Positions 26,896-36,444 of a stretch of 64,000 nt of DNA are shown here, piece after piece. Below the pieces are notes generated by a model. It was not told the origin of the DNA, searched no databases, and saw nothing but the letters and a program-made list of their open reading frames with translations. The stretch's first letter is position 1. Every line of letters starts with the position of its first letter. Both the position numbers and the translations under genes were made by a program. This DNA comes from a virus, in IMG/VR virus record IMGVR_UViG_3300008448_000002, positions 96,001-160,000 of that record. One strand, given 5' to 3'.

Positions 26896-29061
26896 TTAAA
26901 ACCCATTTATAGAAAGAACAGCTTGGGTATTACCTTTGGTTGTTTTTAATAGATTTACTAAGTTTTCATTAGTTGACATTAGGTTATTTAAATGAATATC
27001 TGTTTGTTTATTCATTAAATCGTTTAATTTTTTTAATTGTTCATTAGTTATTTTCTGTTGTTGTAATAAATCATCGTTGGTAATTGTTTGATTATCTGGT
27101 TGTGGAATAGTTGTATTTGTGTTATTTGGTAAAAACTCTGATGTTGGTTTTTTTTGTTGTTTAGTGTATTTATCGGTTGTATCCATGATTTCACTAACTG
27201 CCCATGCGCCAGCGGCAATTGTTGCCAATGTTGCCAGCACAGGACTACTTGCTAATCCAGCCAACCCTGCTAGTACAGCACCGCCTCCTCTAACTAACAT
27301 ACCCGCTTTTGGTAGAATTGATGCCCCTCTTGCCGCCAATCCAGCACTTGCGCCCTTAGAAGCTACTTTTCCTGCTCCTGCCGCCAATCCAGTACTTGCG
27401 CCAGTAGATAACATTTTTGCTATATGTCCACCCACACCGAAGGCACCAGCAATCGTTGTACCTATTAACCCAACTGCTCCCATTAATGCTTTAACCAACA
27501 CAGAACCAAGAGATGTCGCCACAAGTAAACCAATACCTCCAACCACAAGACCAAGGTATTTAAATTGTCCTGTTAAATCGTTTGCCGCAGTCGTTAAATC
27601 ACTAAAACTTAAAGATGTACTATTAGAAATTTTTGTTAAGGCATCACCAAATGGTTTCATTGTATTTGTAATAAACTTATCATATACTGCTTTGGCTTCA
27701 GCGAGTTTAAACTCACCCGTTTCAAATAAACCTGATATAGCATCTTTATTTGGAGTGTTATCTCTTATTAAACCTGCTTCTATCTTTTGTTTTTCGTTTA
27801 ATTTTCTTAAAAACTCTCCACTTTCGGCATAACTTGGTGTTATACCCGTGTTCACCAATATACCTCTTTGTGTCGCTCCTTGTAGTCCACCAACATCTTT
27901 GGCAACAGCAACTCTACCCTTATCACCAAGACTCGCCATCGTATCATTGACACTTTTATTTGTGTCAGTCAAATCTAGTGCGGTTTTTCTTAGTAAATTA
28001 GCAGTGGCAGGATTCATTGCCGCATATTGTGCCGATTCTTGAGTTAATACGTTCCCACCAGTAATTATAAACTCCTTCATTAGTTTTTTCATTTCTTCGG
28101 GCATCAGAGCAAGTTGATTTTCAATTTCTTTTTGTCTTACTCCACCATTATATTTTTCTGCCAAAATTAATGAAAAATCCTTATCAACATTCGCAGCGGC
28201 TAATTGTTTATTTAAGTCCTCTCTATTCATGCCCATTAATTTAGCCAAACCAGAGTTTGTTTGTACTAACTGTAATGTTGCGTTTGTTGCTTGTTCATTG
28301 CTTAAACCTTGTAATCTACCACTATTTCCAACACTATCAATATAAGACGTTGCGACATCAATAAATTCTTGTTGCGATGTAGCACCGTAGTAATTTGATT
28401 TTTTTGCTATATCCGTGACATTTTTGAATATTTTAGAAAAATTAGTAGCACCTAATACTCTTGTAGAGTTCGAGGCACTAGAAATAGCTTTAGAAAAATC
28501 CTCAATAGATAGATAAGCATTAGAGGCGGCATCCCGCATTTCATTAATTGAGTTAATAGTTCCTTCAGAACTATTTCTTAATTCTTTATAGGCGGCAGCA
28601 TTATCTTTTAAATAATCAAGTGTTAATTTACCAACAACAAACCCTTTTGCGGCACCAATTAATTGACGAGAGGCATCTCCTATTAAATCACTTGCTAAAT
28701 TATCTCTTCTATTGAATCGAGAACCATACATACTTCTTGATTCTTCTTTACTTGCTCTTCTGGCACTTATATCACTTTGATAGACATTTATTTTACCATC
28801 ACTTCGTTGGTTTCCGCCTTTTATAGCTTTTACTGTGTTTTCACCGGTTTTTTTAGTTTCTTTCAATAATTCTTTATAGTAACTTTTATCATTAGGGTCT
28901 TTATTAAGTAATTTAACAATACCCTTCATCAAATCGTTTGTTTTTTTATTAGCTATTTTTTGTTCTCTATCGCCTAACTTCAACTCTCTGATGAAATCAG
29001 TGTCACCTTTTTTAATTAGGTCTGCTATATTTTGTAATATTGATTCTTCAAATGCTGACAT
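26896..29061 (-). CDS. Tape-measure/hub-like alpha-helical structural protein
   Basis: 721 aa helical protein with a long Ala/Gly-rich hydrophobic segment; divergent from gp26-like gene. Confidence 0.55.
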   Translation of the reverse strand: MSAFEESILQNIADLIKKGDTDFIRELKLGDREQKIANKKTNDLMKGIVKLLNKDPNDKSYYKELLKETKKTGENTVKAIKGGNQRSDGKINVYQSDISARRASKEESRSMYGSRFNRRDNLASDLIGDASRQLIGAAKGFVVGKLTLDYLKDNAAAYKELRNSSEGTINSINEMRDAASNAYLSIEDFSKAISSASNSTRVLGATNFSKIFKNVTDIAKKSNYYGATSQQEFIDVATSYIDSVGNSGRLQGLSNEQATNATLQLVQTNSGLAKLMGMNREDLNKQLAAANVDKDFSLILAEKYNGGVRQKEIENQLALMPEEMKKLMKEFIITGGNVLTQESAQYAAMNPATANLLRKTALDLTDTNKSVNDTMASLGDKGRVAVAKDVGGLQGATQRGILVNTGITPSYAESGEFLRKLNEKQKIEAGLIRDNTPNKDAISGLFETGEFKLAEAKAVYDKFITNTMKPFGDALTKISNSTSLSFSDLTTAANDLTGQFKYLGLVVGGIGLLVATSLGSVLVKALMGAVGLIGTTIAGAFGVGGHIAKMLSTGASTGLAAGAGKVASKGASAGLAARGASILPKAGMLVRGGGAVLAGLAGLASSPVLATLATIAAGAWAVSEIMDTTDKYTKQQKKPTSEFLPNNTNTTIPQPDNQTITNDDLLQQQKITNEQLKKLNDLMNKQTDIHLNNLMSTNENLVNLLKTTKGNTQAVLSINGF

Positions 29062-29103
29062 TTATATTGTATTCCAGTAAAATATATGTTATATTATAAT
29101 GAC

Positions 29104-29121
29104 TATTTATGAAGATAAATA
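29104..29121. promoter_or_regulatory. Back-to-back late promoter motifs
   Basis: TAAATA on the minus strand (29104-29109) and plus strand (29116-29121) between divergent structural genes. Confidence 0.55.
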
Positions 29122-29145
29122 GTCTATCATATTGAGGTAAATTAA

Positions 29146-29979
29146 ATGGCGGAAATTAATCCATTAAGTAAATATTTTAGAGTACCTGGTTTACATGTTA
29201 AACTAGCTAGTAAAGGTTATTTTAGTGATGATAAGGATGTTACTATTACAAATGATATTCCTGTTTATCCGATGGGGGCAGCGGAAGAGTTATATCTTAA
29301 AAATCCCGATGGATTATTAAATGGCTTTTCAATTGAAACAATTATTAAAAATTGTGTTCCTGATATTAAAAATCCAAGAAAATTACCAGTTCAAGATATA
29401 GATGTATTATTATTGGCAATAAAACACGCTACTTTTGGTGACAACATGGAAATAAATGTTGTATGTCCTAAATGTAGTACTGAACAAGTCCATAATATGT
29501 CAATATTGAACATATTAGACAGTATAACCTATATGGAGAATGAATATACAGTTAGATTAAATGATGATTTAGTTGTTTATTTGAAACCCTATTGCTTTGA
29601 AACAAATACAAAATTAAGTTTGGCAACATTTGAAGAAATAAAAATACAACAAAGTATTACAAATGATGATGAGTTAGAAAAAAAATTAGAAATCATCAAT
29701 GAATCATTCATAAAGATGACAAGTATAAACCTTGATTTAATGGCAAAGACTATAATTAAAATTGCTACGCCCGATGGTGAAATTACCAATATTGAACATA
29801 TTAAAGAGTTTATATTAAAGGCATCAAAAAAGTTTATTGACCTTATTAAAGCAAAACACGATGAAATATCTAATACAGGTATAAAACGAGAGTTTGATTT
29901 AATTTGTACAAATTGTAATCATGAGTGGAAGGACAATATTGTATTTGACCCTAGTAATTTTTTTACAGAAAGCTCTTGA
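29146..29979 (+). CDS. Baseplate hub assembly protein (gp26-like)
   Basis: NPLSKYFR-x-P, VYPM-x-A-x-EE-x-x-LKNPD-x-L-x-NG, DIDVLLLAIK, CPKC...CTNC zinc pair. Confidence 0.8.
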   Translation: MAEINPLSKYFRVPGLHVKLASKGYFSDDKDVTITNDIPVYPMGAAEELYLKNPDGLLNGFSIETIIKNCVPDIKNPRKLPVQDIDVLLLAIKHATFGDNMEINVVCPKCSTEQVHNMSILNILDSITYMENEYTVRLNDDLVVYLKPYCFETNTKLSLATFEEIKIQQSITNDDELEKKLEIINESFIKMTSINLDLMAKTIIKIATPDGEITNIEHIKEFILKASKKFIDLIKAKHDEISNTGIKREFDLICTNCNHEWKDNIVFDPSNFFTESS

Positions 29980-30185
29980 TGTCCTCACCAGAGGAAACAC
30001 TTTCTCTCTTAAATGAGATGGAAAAGGAATCAAGAGCTATCATAAACAGTGTATTTACAATAATGTGGCACTTTAAAGGTATGTCAAGAGACGAAGCATT
30101 TACAATGAGTAATAAAGAAAGATTAGAAGTTGTAAAAATTATTGAAGCATCTTTACCGAAAAATCCTAAATCATGGGATGTTTAG
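29976..30185 (+). CDS. Putative gp51-like hub assembly factor
   Basis: Small gene coupled to gp26-like gene; GMSRDEAFTMS-x-x-ER. Confidence 0.55.
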   Translation: MMSSPEETLSLLNEMEKESRAIINSVFTIMWHFKGMSRDEAFTMSNKERLEVVKIIEASLPKNPKSWDV

Positions 30186-30595
30186 ATATTCGGAATCTGT
30201 TCATGAATATAATCAACAATTTCCCTGTGACTATCTCTTCCATATTGTTGAAACTCTTTATTTGTTAGCCAAACTGTTTTTTCCGTTTCATAATGAGGAG
30301 TTACAAAGTTTTCTTTATCTTTTACTTCTACCGCATAGATAACAATATCATATTTCTTTTTACTTTTTATTTTGCCTTTAAAAACTTGAAATGGGGCACA
30401 TAGAAAGTTTTCTTCTAGTAAACCCAATTCTTCATAACCTTCTCTAATTGCGGCATCAAGAAAAGATTCACCTTCGTCAACATCACCCTTAGATATGTTC
30501 GGTTTAGTTCCTCCAAAATTACTATTTGAAGAAATCATAAACAACATTTTACCATCATTTGTAAATGGTATGATACCAGCTTTTTTATTTTTCAT
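30182..30595 (-). CDS. Nudix hydrolase
   Basis: Nudix box KGDVDEGESFLDAAIREGYEELG. Confidence 0.9.
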   Translation of the reverse strand: MKNKKAGIIPFTNDGKMLFMISSNSNFGGTKPNISKGDVDEGESFLDAAIREGYEELGLLEENFLCAPFQVFKGKIKSKKKYDIVIYAVEVKDKENFVTPHYETEKTVWLTNKEFQQYGRDSHREIVDYIHEQIPNI

Positions 30596-30604
30596 ATAGT
30601 ATAT

Positions 30605-31129
30605 TTAATCATTATAATATCTAATATTATGTTTAAGATTTTTGTTATAACAAGATTTTTTCATAGATTTTGAAATTAATATTTCTTGGGCTGAATATAA
30701 AGAATTAGGGATATGTTTTAAATTAATACAACCAGTTAAACGTAAACTTCCAAAAACTTTTAAATCTTCTGGTAATCTTGTTAAATTAGTACAATTTTTT
30801 AAATCTAAATTACCATAAATTACTAAACCAGATGGTAATTTTCTTAAACTAGTACAATTTCTCAACCAAATGCTTGAATTAATTGTTAAATTATTTGGCA
30901 ATCTAATTAAAGTTTTATTATTTTCTAATTCTAAATGCTCGATAAGATTAAGATTATCTGGTAATTGATTAATATCGTACAGTACAAGATTAATTTCAAT
31001 TAAGTTTAGATGCCTGATATAAAAGGATGTATATTTACTCTTCGATAAATCATGAATATCATATCTTAATCTATTATACCCTATACCATTAACTTTTATA
31101 ACCTTCATATTATTAAAATGTGACGGCAA
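30605..31129 (-). CDS. Leucine-rich repeat protein
   Basis: About four 22-aa repeats LPxxLxVxGxLxLxNCTxLxx. Confidence 0.8.
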   Translation of the reverse strand: MPSHFNNMKVIKVNGIGYNRLRYDIHDLSKSKYTSFYIRHLNLIEINLVLYDINQLPDNLNLIEHLELENNKTLIRLPNNLTINSSIWLRNCTSLRKLPSGLVIYGNLDLKNCTNLTRLPEDLKVFGSLRLTGCINLKHIPNSLYSAQEILISKSMKKSCYNKNLKHNIRYYND

Positions 31130-31895
31130 TATCTCTTGGATTAGATGCCTTTAAATCTTTTTTGAATGGCTTAAAATTATCAACATAAGTAATGAGATAA
31201 TCACTGCTATCTACGAGTAATTCTGCTTTCCAAGTCAAATCTGATGTTACAGTCTTATTTTTTTGTTGTCTAAGAATCATGATATTCCAGTTCAATCTTC
31301 TTAAATCATATCCTTTAACAATAATTTCTCCTCTGCTATACGGAATCTTAATTCTACATTCTTTAGTATCATTGTCAAATGTCGTCTTAATTAATCTACG
31401 ATTAATTTGTAAATGACGTTTTGTTTCAATCGTTTGAGTTTGTAAAAGTTGTACAGGAAACTTGTAATCTATATTGTTTTTTGAATCCACAATAACATTA
31501 CTTGCCTGACCTTTATAATGATTACTAATGTCCTTGAACATATTTGCCTTAACCTCATTATGTATAACAGCTTTTGTTGTTACAATATTAAGTAAATCAA
31601 TATATTTTGTTTTAATTTCCTCAACATATTTTTCATTGGCAATCAGATATTCTTTACTGCCATCATTTAATGTTTTTACAGTGCCGCCATCTTTAATTAA
31701 AAAGTAAAGAATTGTGATAATAGATTGTTTCATGTCTGCCAAATCTTTAGGAGAACTTCTAAAAAAATCATTATAGTATTGTACAATACTATTATAAAAC
31801 TTTAATTCTTCCTTCATGAATGAATTAAAAATTTTGGCATCTCTATCAGTAACTAATACGTTAAATGAATGTAATTTATCGTTGCGAATAATCAT
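31113..31895 (-). CDS. Hypothetical protein (possible TnpB/Cas12-like N-terminal half)
   Basis: 260 aa ORF; weak pattern resemblance only (see findings). Confidence 0.6.
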   Translation of the reverse strand: MIIRNDKLHSFNVLVTDRDAKIFNSFMKEELKFYNSIVQYYNDFFRSSPKDLADMKQSIITILYFLIKDGGTVKTLNDGSKEYLIANEKYVEEIKTKYIDLLNIVTTKAVIHNEVKANMFKDISNHYKGQASNVIVDSKNNIDYKFPVQLLQTQTIETKRHLQINRRLIKTTFDNDTKECRIKIPYSRGEIIVKGYDLRRLNWNIMILRQQKNKTVTSDLTWKAELLVDSSDYLITYVDNFKPFKKDLKASNPRDIAVTF

Positions 31896-31999
31896 GGGTA
31901 TTGGTTTCCAATTTTGGGTTATTATTTTATTACCATATATGATTACGGATATTTTGTCAATTATTATTTCACTAAATAGAATTAAAGGGGTATTTAATT

Positions 32000-32503
32000 A
32001 TGACTGTTAAAAAGAAAGGCTCACCATCTAAAAGAAAAGGTAATTCGTGGGAACGAGATATTTGTAAGTTTTTGGAAGAAAAACTCGGCGGAAACTATGT
32101 GAGAGTACCATCAAGTGGCGCATTTGTGGGTAGGAGTAATGCTTTCAGAAAAGAAACGATGTCTGAAAATCAAAAGAGAACATTTAGAGGCGATATTATT
32201 CCCCCTGATAATTTACCAAAGATGGTGATTGAAGCAAAGTCTTACAAAGAATTTCCATTTCATCAATTATTGTCTGGTAAATGTGCTCTATTAGATGATT
32301 GGGTTGAACAAACTATTGATTGTATTGAAAATGGAGATATTTGGTTCGTAATCTTTAAAATCAACAATAAAGGCTCATTCGTGGCAACTACAAATAATGG
32401 CTATGCCTACACACACTATTGTCAATACAAAGACCTTGTTATAACGGGATTAGATGATTTCTTCACAAATAATAAAGATAGAGTTATTGAGATTTGTAGC
32501 TAA
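32000..32503 (+). CDS. Holliday junction resolvase-like PD-(D/E)xK nuclease
   Basis: SKRKGNSWER, RVPSSGA, GDII-x-P, IEAKSYK. Confidence 0.85.
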   Translation: MTVKKKGSPSKRKGNSWERDICKFLEEKLGGNYVRVPSSGAFVGRSNAFRKETMSENQKRTFRGDIIPPDNLPKMVIEAKSYKEFPFHQLLSGKCALLDDWVEQTIDCIENGDIWFVIFKINNKGSFVATTNNGYAYTHYCQYKDLVITGLDDFFTNNKDRVIEICS

Positions 32504-32511
32504 TTTTAAAA

Positions 32512-33345
32512 TTAGTAATTGTATTCATCATCTTCATCTTCTGTTTTAGGACTAATTGTTATAATATTTTTATTAAAATCTACGCAAATATCATAATCTC
32601 TAATATCATCCCAACTATTCCATGAACAACCATTTTCATCAGTTGTAAGAAAAAACTTTGATGATTTTTTCAGTTCTAACATGATATCTTTATATGTTGG
32701 AAATATAATTGGTATTATATCCTTCATTCCCAATTCTTCAATTAAATCATAAAGTTTCAAATATTTAATAATCAAAGTAGTGGAATTGACTTTGGGATTT
32801 TTTAAATCTCTTGATTTTTCGCCGAATGATATAGCAGTTTCCATTATTCGGGCGATTGTGTAATTCGTATTCTCATCCCAAGATGGTTTGAGATATTCAT
32901 TCCATGTATTTTTAATATATTCTTGTATTTTCGGCTGTTTATAATATAGCTTAATTAAATTATCTGACTCCGAGAGATAATCAACGAACTTATCATCTAT
33001 GACTTTGGTAAAACTCCAATAATATGAAGAAACGGAAGGTCTCCCCCACAATGTTGCGGCAATATTATAAAAATCGGTATGGTCTTTTGAATCAACCTGT
33101 ACTTTCTTATTCAAGTCAAAAACATCAGGCAAGTTTTCACTGTTGATGTTGACTTCTTGTTCAGTGATTTCAACTATTTTCATTTTCTGCTCCTTCAACA
33201 TGTCTTGTTTGTTAATGTATTCGGATAATGACATAGATTTTTTATTTGTCAAGGGATTGTTTTCTTTTAATACTTTATTGTCAATAATTAGTATTTTTTC
33301 CTCATGATTTTCTGCCTCGTTGATTATGTTAATTAAATCTCTCAT
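32512..33345 (-). CDS. Hypothetical, probably virion-internal protein
   Basis: MRDLINIINEAE leader and several (L/I)xE motifs in the N-terminal 60 aa; co-transcribed with the late nucleotidyltransferase gene. Confidence 0.6.
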   Translation of the reverse strand: MRDLINIINEAENHEEKILIIDNKVLKENNPLTNKKSMSLSEYINKQDMLKEQKMKIVEITEQEVNINSENLPDVFDLNKKVQVDSKDHTDFYNIAATLWGRPSVSSYYWSFTKVIDDKFVDYLSESDNLIKLYYKQPKIQEYIKNTWNEYLKPSWDENTNYTIARIMETAISFGEKSRDLKNPKVNSTTLIIKYLKLYDLIEELGMKDIIPIIFPTYKDIMLELKKSSKFFLTTDENGCSWNSWDDIRDYDICVDFNKNIITISPKTEDEDDEYNY

Positions 33346-33355
33346 AGTATTCCCT

Positions 33356-34015
33356 TTATAAACTCAATTCTTTATCAAATAACTTATACTTTTCATCTCT
33401 TAGTTTTTCAAGTAAGTCATTGTTTCTTAACATTTTGAATACAAGGTTTTCTGTGGAAAACTCTCCGCCATTTTTTAAACCTTTTGTTCTATAATCTCTA
33501 ATCTTGGTTTGTACTTTTTCAATCAAAGCAATATCTTGTTCTTGAATAACCAAATCAATTATTTTTTTCCATTTATTATATTTTTTCTTAATTTCATTGT
33601 CATCTACGGTATATTGTTGTAATATTGGCTTTTGTATCCATTCATCTTTGATAAGAGAATATACGCCAGCGGAGAACGGTATCGGTTGACCTGTTTCACC
33701 ATATACTTCTACAGGATGACCAAAGATAAAAATATCATGCTGTAAATTCCAGTATAGTCTTCGGGCGTTTAATAATTCTTCAAATGGTTTTAATACTTCT
33801 TTATTATTTGGTTTTAGAATAATATGAACATCCCAGTCAGACTTTGAATGGTAATTATAGTTAGCCATACTACCTGTTAGTATAACGTCATCTAGCGTAT
33901 AATCTTTATAATCAATTGATTTTAGGTAATCAATTGCGGCAAGCACCAATCTTGCCCTAACTTTGTGGTTTAGTTTATTATTTTGCCATGCTTTATCAAA
34001 TAGTTTATTTTCCAT
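33356..34015 (-). CDS. Pol-beta-superfamily nucleotidyltransferase
   Basis: LTGSMANYNYHSKSDWDVHII (GS...DxD), PVEVY (third acidic residue), EFSTENLVFKMLRN. Confidence 0.8.
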   Translation of the reverse strand: MENKLFDKAWQNNKLNHKVRARLVLAAIDYLKSIDYKDYTLDDVILTGSMANYNYHSKSDWDVHIILKPNNKEVLKPFEELLNARRLYWNLQHDIFIFGHPVEVYGETGQPIPFSAGVYSLIKDEWIQKPILQQYTVDDNEIKKKYNKWKKIIDLVIQEQDIALIEKVQTKIRDYRTKGLKNGGEFSTENLVFKMLRNNDLLEKLRDEKYKLFDKELSL

Positions 34016-34020
34016 ACAAG

Positions 34021-34043
34021 TATTTATTTGATATTGATAAATA
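34021..34043. promoter_or_regulatory. Back-to-back late promoter motifs (NTase / ART polyprotein)
   Basis: TAAATA on the minus strand (34021-34026) and plus strand (34038-34043). Confidence 0.55.
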
Positions 34044-34064
34044 TGGTTATTAGGAGATTATAGA

Positions 34065-36413
34065 ATGAGACAATTTATTGATGTTGTGAAAAATGTAGAC
34101 AAACGCTCTATTCTAAAAGAATACTTAGAGAAAACAGAAATACCTGAAAAAATCACAGTTGATGGTAAATTGCGCTGGACAAGAAATAGCGATGGTAAGT
34201 TAATTCATTCAACTATTGAGGGAATTACTAATTTCTGGAAGTGGTTTGGAGACAGCAAAGTTGTTGATGGACAAGGAAGACCCGTGATAGTTTATCATGG
34301 TACTGGAAATGATGTTGGTGATGTATTCAACACGGGCGGTGGGACAGGGAAAACTTTTAATACAGGGACGTTTTTTACCGATAGTCCATCCTTGGCAAGT
34401 ACCTATACAGTTGGCTTAAATAGAAATGTAAAACCAGTATATTTAAGTTTAAAATCACCTGTTATTGTTGATGCTAAACAAAAAAATTGGAAAATGCTTG
34501 ACGGTTCTATTAAATTATCCATCCCTGCTATAAACAAAGAATATGATGAAGATATGGCGTTACTCAACCAATTAACAGGCGGCACCGATAGTTCATTAAA
34601 GGTAAAAGCAAAGACAACTAATTTAAAAAAAGTCTTTGATATGGGGTTTGATGATGAAACTTCTAGCACGGATGATGTAGCTAGATGGTCAAGAACAAAC
34701 GGATACGAAAGTTTGATAATTAAAAATGTAAGGGATAGAGGACCAGCGGGAGAATATGTAACTGATGAATCTTTAAAACCTCATGTAGTATATGTTGCGT
34801 TTTCCCCAAATCAAATTAAATCAGCTATAGGTAACAATGGTGATTTCTCGGACAAATCAAACAAAATAACCGAATCTGAAATTAATAATTATAACATGAA
34901 AGATATATTGAAATATGGATATAAGGATTTAAATACCTCGTCAAAAACATTTTCTAATTCTATTGTAGAAAAATTGGCTGTAAAGAATAATGCCGAAAAT
35001 AAAGACATCATTGTTTTTATGGTTGATGGAGTATATAAATATTTTCTAAAACCATCCAAAAAATTAACAGAATCAGAAGAGATACCCGAAACCATTAAAG
35101 TTAATGGTAAAGAAAGACCAACAAGAAACAGTAATAACAAGTTAATTCATACAACTATACAGGGTATTGAAAATTTTTGGAAGTGGTTCGGAGATAGTGA
35201 AGTAGTTGATAAACGAGGAAGACCTTTAGTAGTTTATCATGGAACTGATAAATCTTTTGATACATTTAGAAATAAAAATAGAGGACTTGTATATTACTTC
35301 ACCCCATCGGCGATAAACGCATCATCATACTCAGGCTCTACAAACTCTAACATAATTCAGGTGTATATAAAATCGGAAAATCCTTATAGGGGCGGAAAAG
35401 AAGAAGAATTACTCGAAGCCATCAAACGTGGGGATGATTATTATCCGTACTCTTTGTATAACATAAAAGAGTACTTGTATAGTGGAAACCCTATGCCCTT
35501 TCACTTACCGAGCACAATCAAAGCTCTAAAAAAAATGGGGTATGATGGTTTTGTTGAAATCGAATCCAACACAGAGCAATATGGTGTTTTCTCTCCTAAT
35601 CAAATCAAATCTGCCATTGGCAACAATGGAGATTTTTCCGATAAATCAAACAAAATAACCGAAGCTGCCCCAACAGAACAATTAAAATCTATGATTTACT
35701 ATCATGGCACAGCATCAAAAGACGCTGCTATGAATATTTTAAAGAATGGTATACAAGCACCAGAATTAGAAACAAAAAGAGGTTCACAACTAACTCCCGT
35801 AAAAGGTAGAGTCTATATCACGCCAAAATTAACATATGCTATGGTATATGCTATCGGCATGAGCGGTGCGTTTGGTAGTAAATCATATCAAGTTCCATAT
35901 GAAGGTAATGAAGAAAAGTTCAAACATGTATTTTCATCGTATGTTGGTAAACACGGTGGAAGATATGGTTATGTTTTTACCATTGATGGAAAAGACCTAC
36001 ATGACATACAACCAGATGAAGATGAAGTTGGTGAATTGTATCATATCATTAAGAACAAAAGTCTTGATTATTATAGTTCAAGAGAATCCGATATTTCTGT
36101 AAAAGTGTATGAAAAAATCCAAAAAGATGAATCACTCCAAAGAAGATTTGTTTATTTCTTTGAAAGAGTTGTCGGAGAATATACCTTAAATAAAATTAAA
36201 CAAGGTGAATATGCCTACTACGCTTCTGGTGGAAAAACGGCATTAAAGAAAATGTCCGATGAAATGAAACTTGAATTGGCACAATTAGGTATCCATTTAT
36301 CTCATGGTGGGACAATTATTCCCAAAGAATGTTGGGAAATTGATAAAACATTATTAGGTTATCTTAAAGAAGATGGTTCTAATTTCTTTGAGTTAGCTAA
36401 GAAAATCAGTTGA
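34065..36413 (+). CDS. Polyvalent protein with tandem ART-PolyVal-like domains and a third ART-like domain
   Basis: Two copies of FWKWFGDSxVVD..GRP..VYHGT...FFT/YFT...VYL/VYI...FSPNQIKSAIGNNGDF; third domain YYHGT...VYITP...AMVYA. Confidence 0.75.
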   Translation: MRQFIDVVKNVDKRSILKEYLEKTEIPEKITVDGKLRWTRNSDGKLIHSTIEGITNFWKWFGDSKVVDGQGRPVIVYHGTGNDVGDVFNTGGGTGKTFNTGTFFTDSPSLASTYTVGLNRNVKPVYLSLKSPVIVDAKQKNWKMLDGSIKLSIPAINKEYDEDMALLNQLTGGTDSSLKVKAKTTNLKKVFDMGFDDETSSTDDVARWSRTNGYESLIIKNVRDRGPAGEYVTDESLKPHVVYVAFSPNQIKSAIGNNGDFSDKSNKITESEINNYNMKDILKYGYKDLNTSSKTFSNSIVEKLAVKNNAENKDIIVFMVDGVYKYFLKPSKKLTESEEIPETIKVNGKERPTRNSNNKLIHTTIQGIENFWKWFGDSEVVDKRGRPLVVYHGTDKSFDTFRNKNRGLVYYFTPSAINASSYSGSTNSNIIQVYIKSENPYRGGKEEELLEAIKRGDDYYPYSLYNIKEYLYSGNPMPFHLPSTIKALKKMGYDGFVEIESNTEQYGVFSPNQIKSAIGNNGDFSDKSNKITEAAPTEQLKSMIYYHGTASKDAAMNILKNGIQAPELETKRGSQLTPVKGRVYITPKLTYAMVYAIGMSGAFGSKSYQVPYEGNEEKFKHVFSSYVGKHGGRYGYVFTIDGKDLHDIQPDEDEVGELYHIIKNKSLDYYSSRESDISVKVYEKIQKDESLQRRFVYFFERVVGEYTLNKIKQGEYAYYASGGKTALKKMSDEMKLELAQLGIHLSHGGTIIPKECWEIDKTLLGYLKEDGSNFFELAKKIS
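34800..35663 (+). repeat. Duplicated 25-codon linker (34800-34874 and 35589-35663)
   Basis: Both copies encode FSPNQIKSAIGNNGDFSDKSNKITE. Confidence 0.9.
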
Positions 36414-36438
36414 CAATATTTTAGTTAATTGTTATTAT
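36410..36438 (+). promoter_or_regulatory. Sigma70-like promoter (methyltransferase)
   Basis: TTGACA-N17-TATTAT with extended TG. Confidence 0.7.
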
Positions 36439-36444
36439 ATTTAA

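Noticed and set aside
27119-27832. Pro/Ala-rich 237-aa ORF
   Set aside because: Antisense shadow of the Gly/Ala-rich part of the 26896-29061 gene.
32000-32503. PD-(D/E)xK nuclease as restriction partner of the methyltransferases
   Set aside because: Motif pattern fits a Holliday junction resolvase and it is not adjacent to either MTase.
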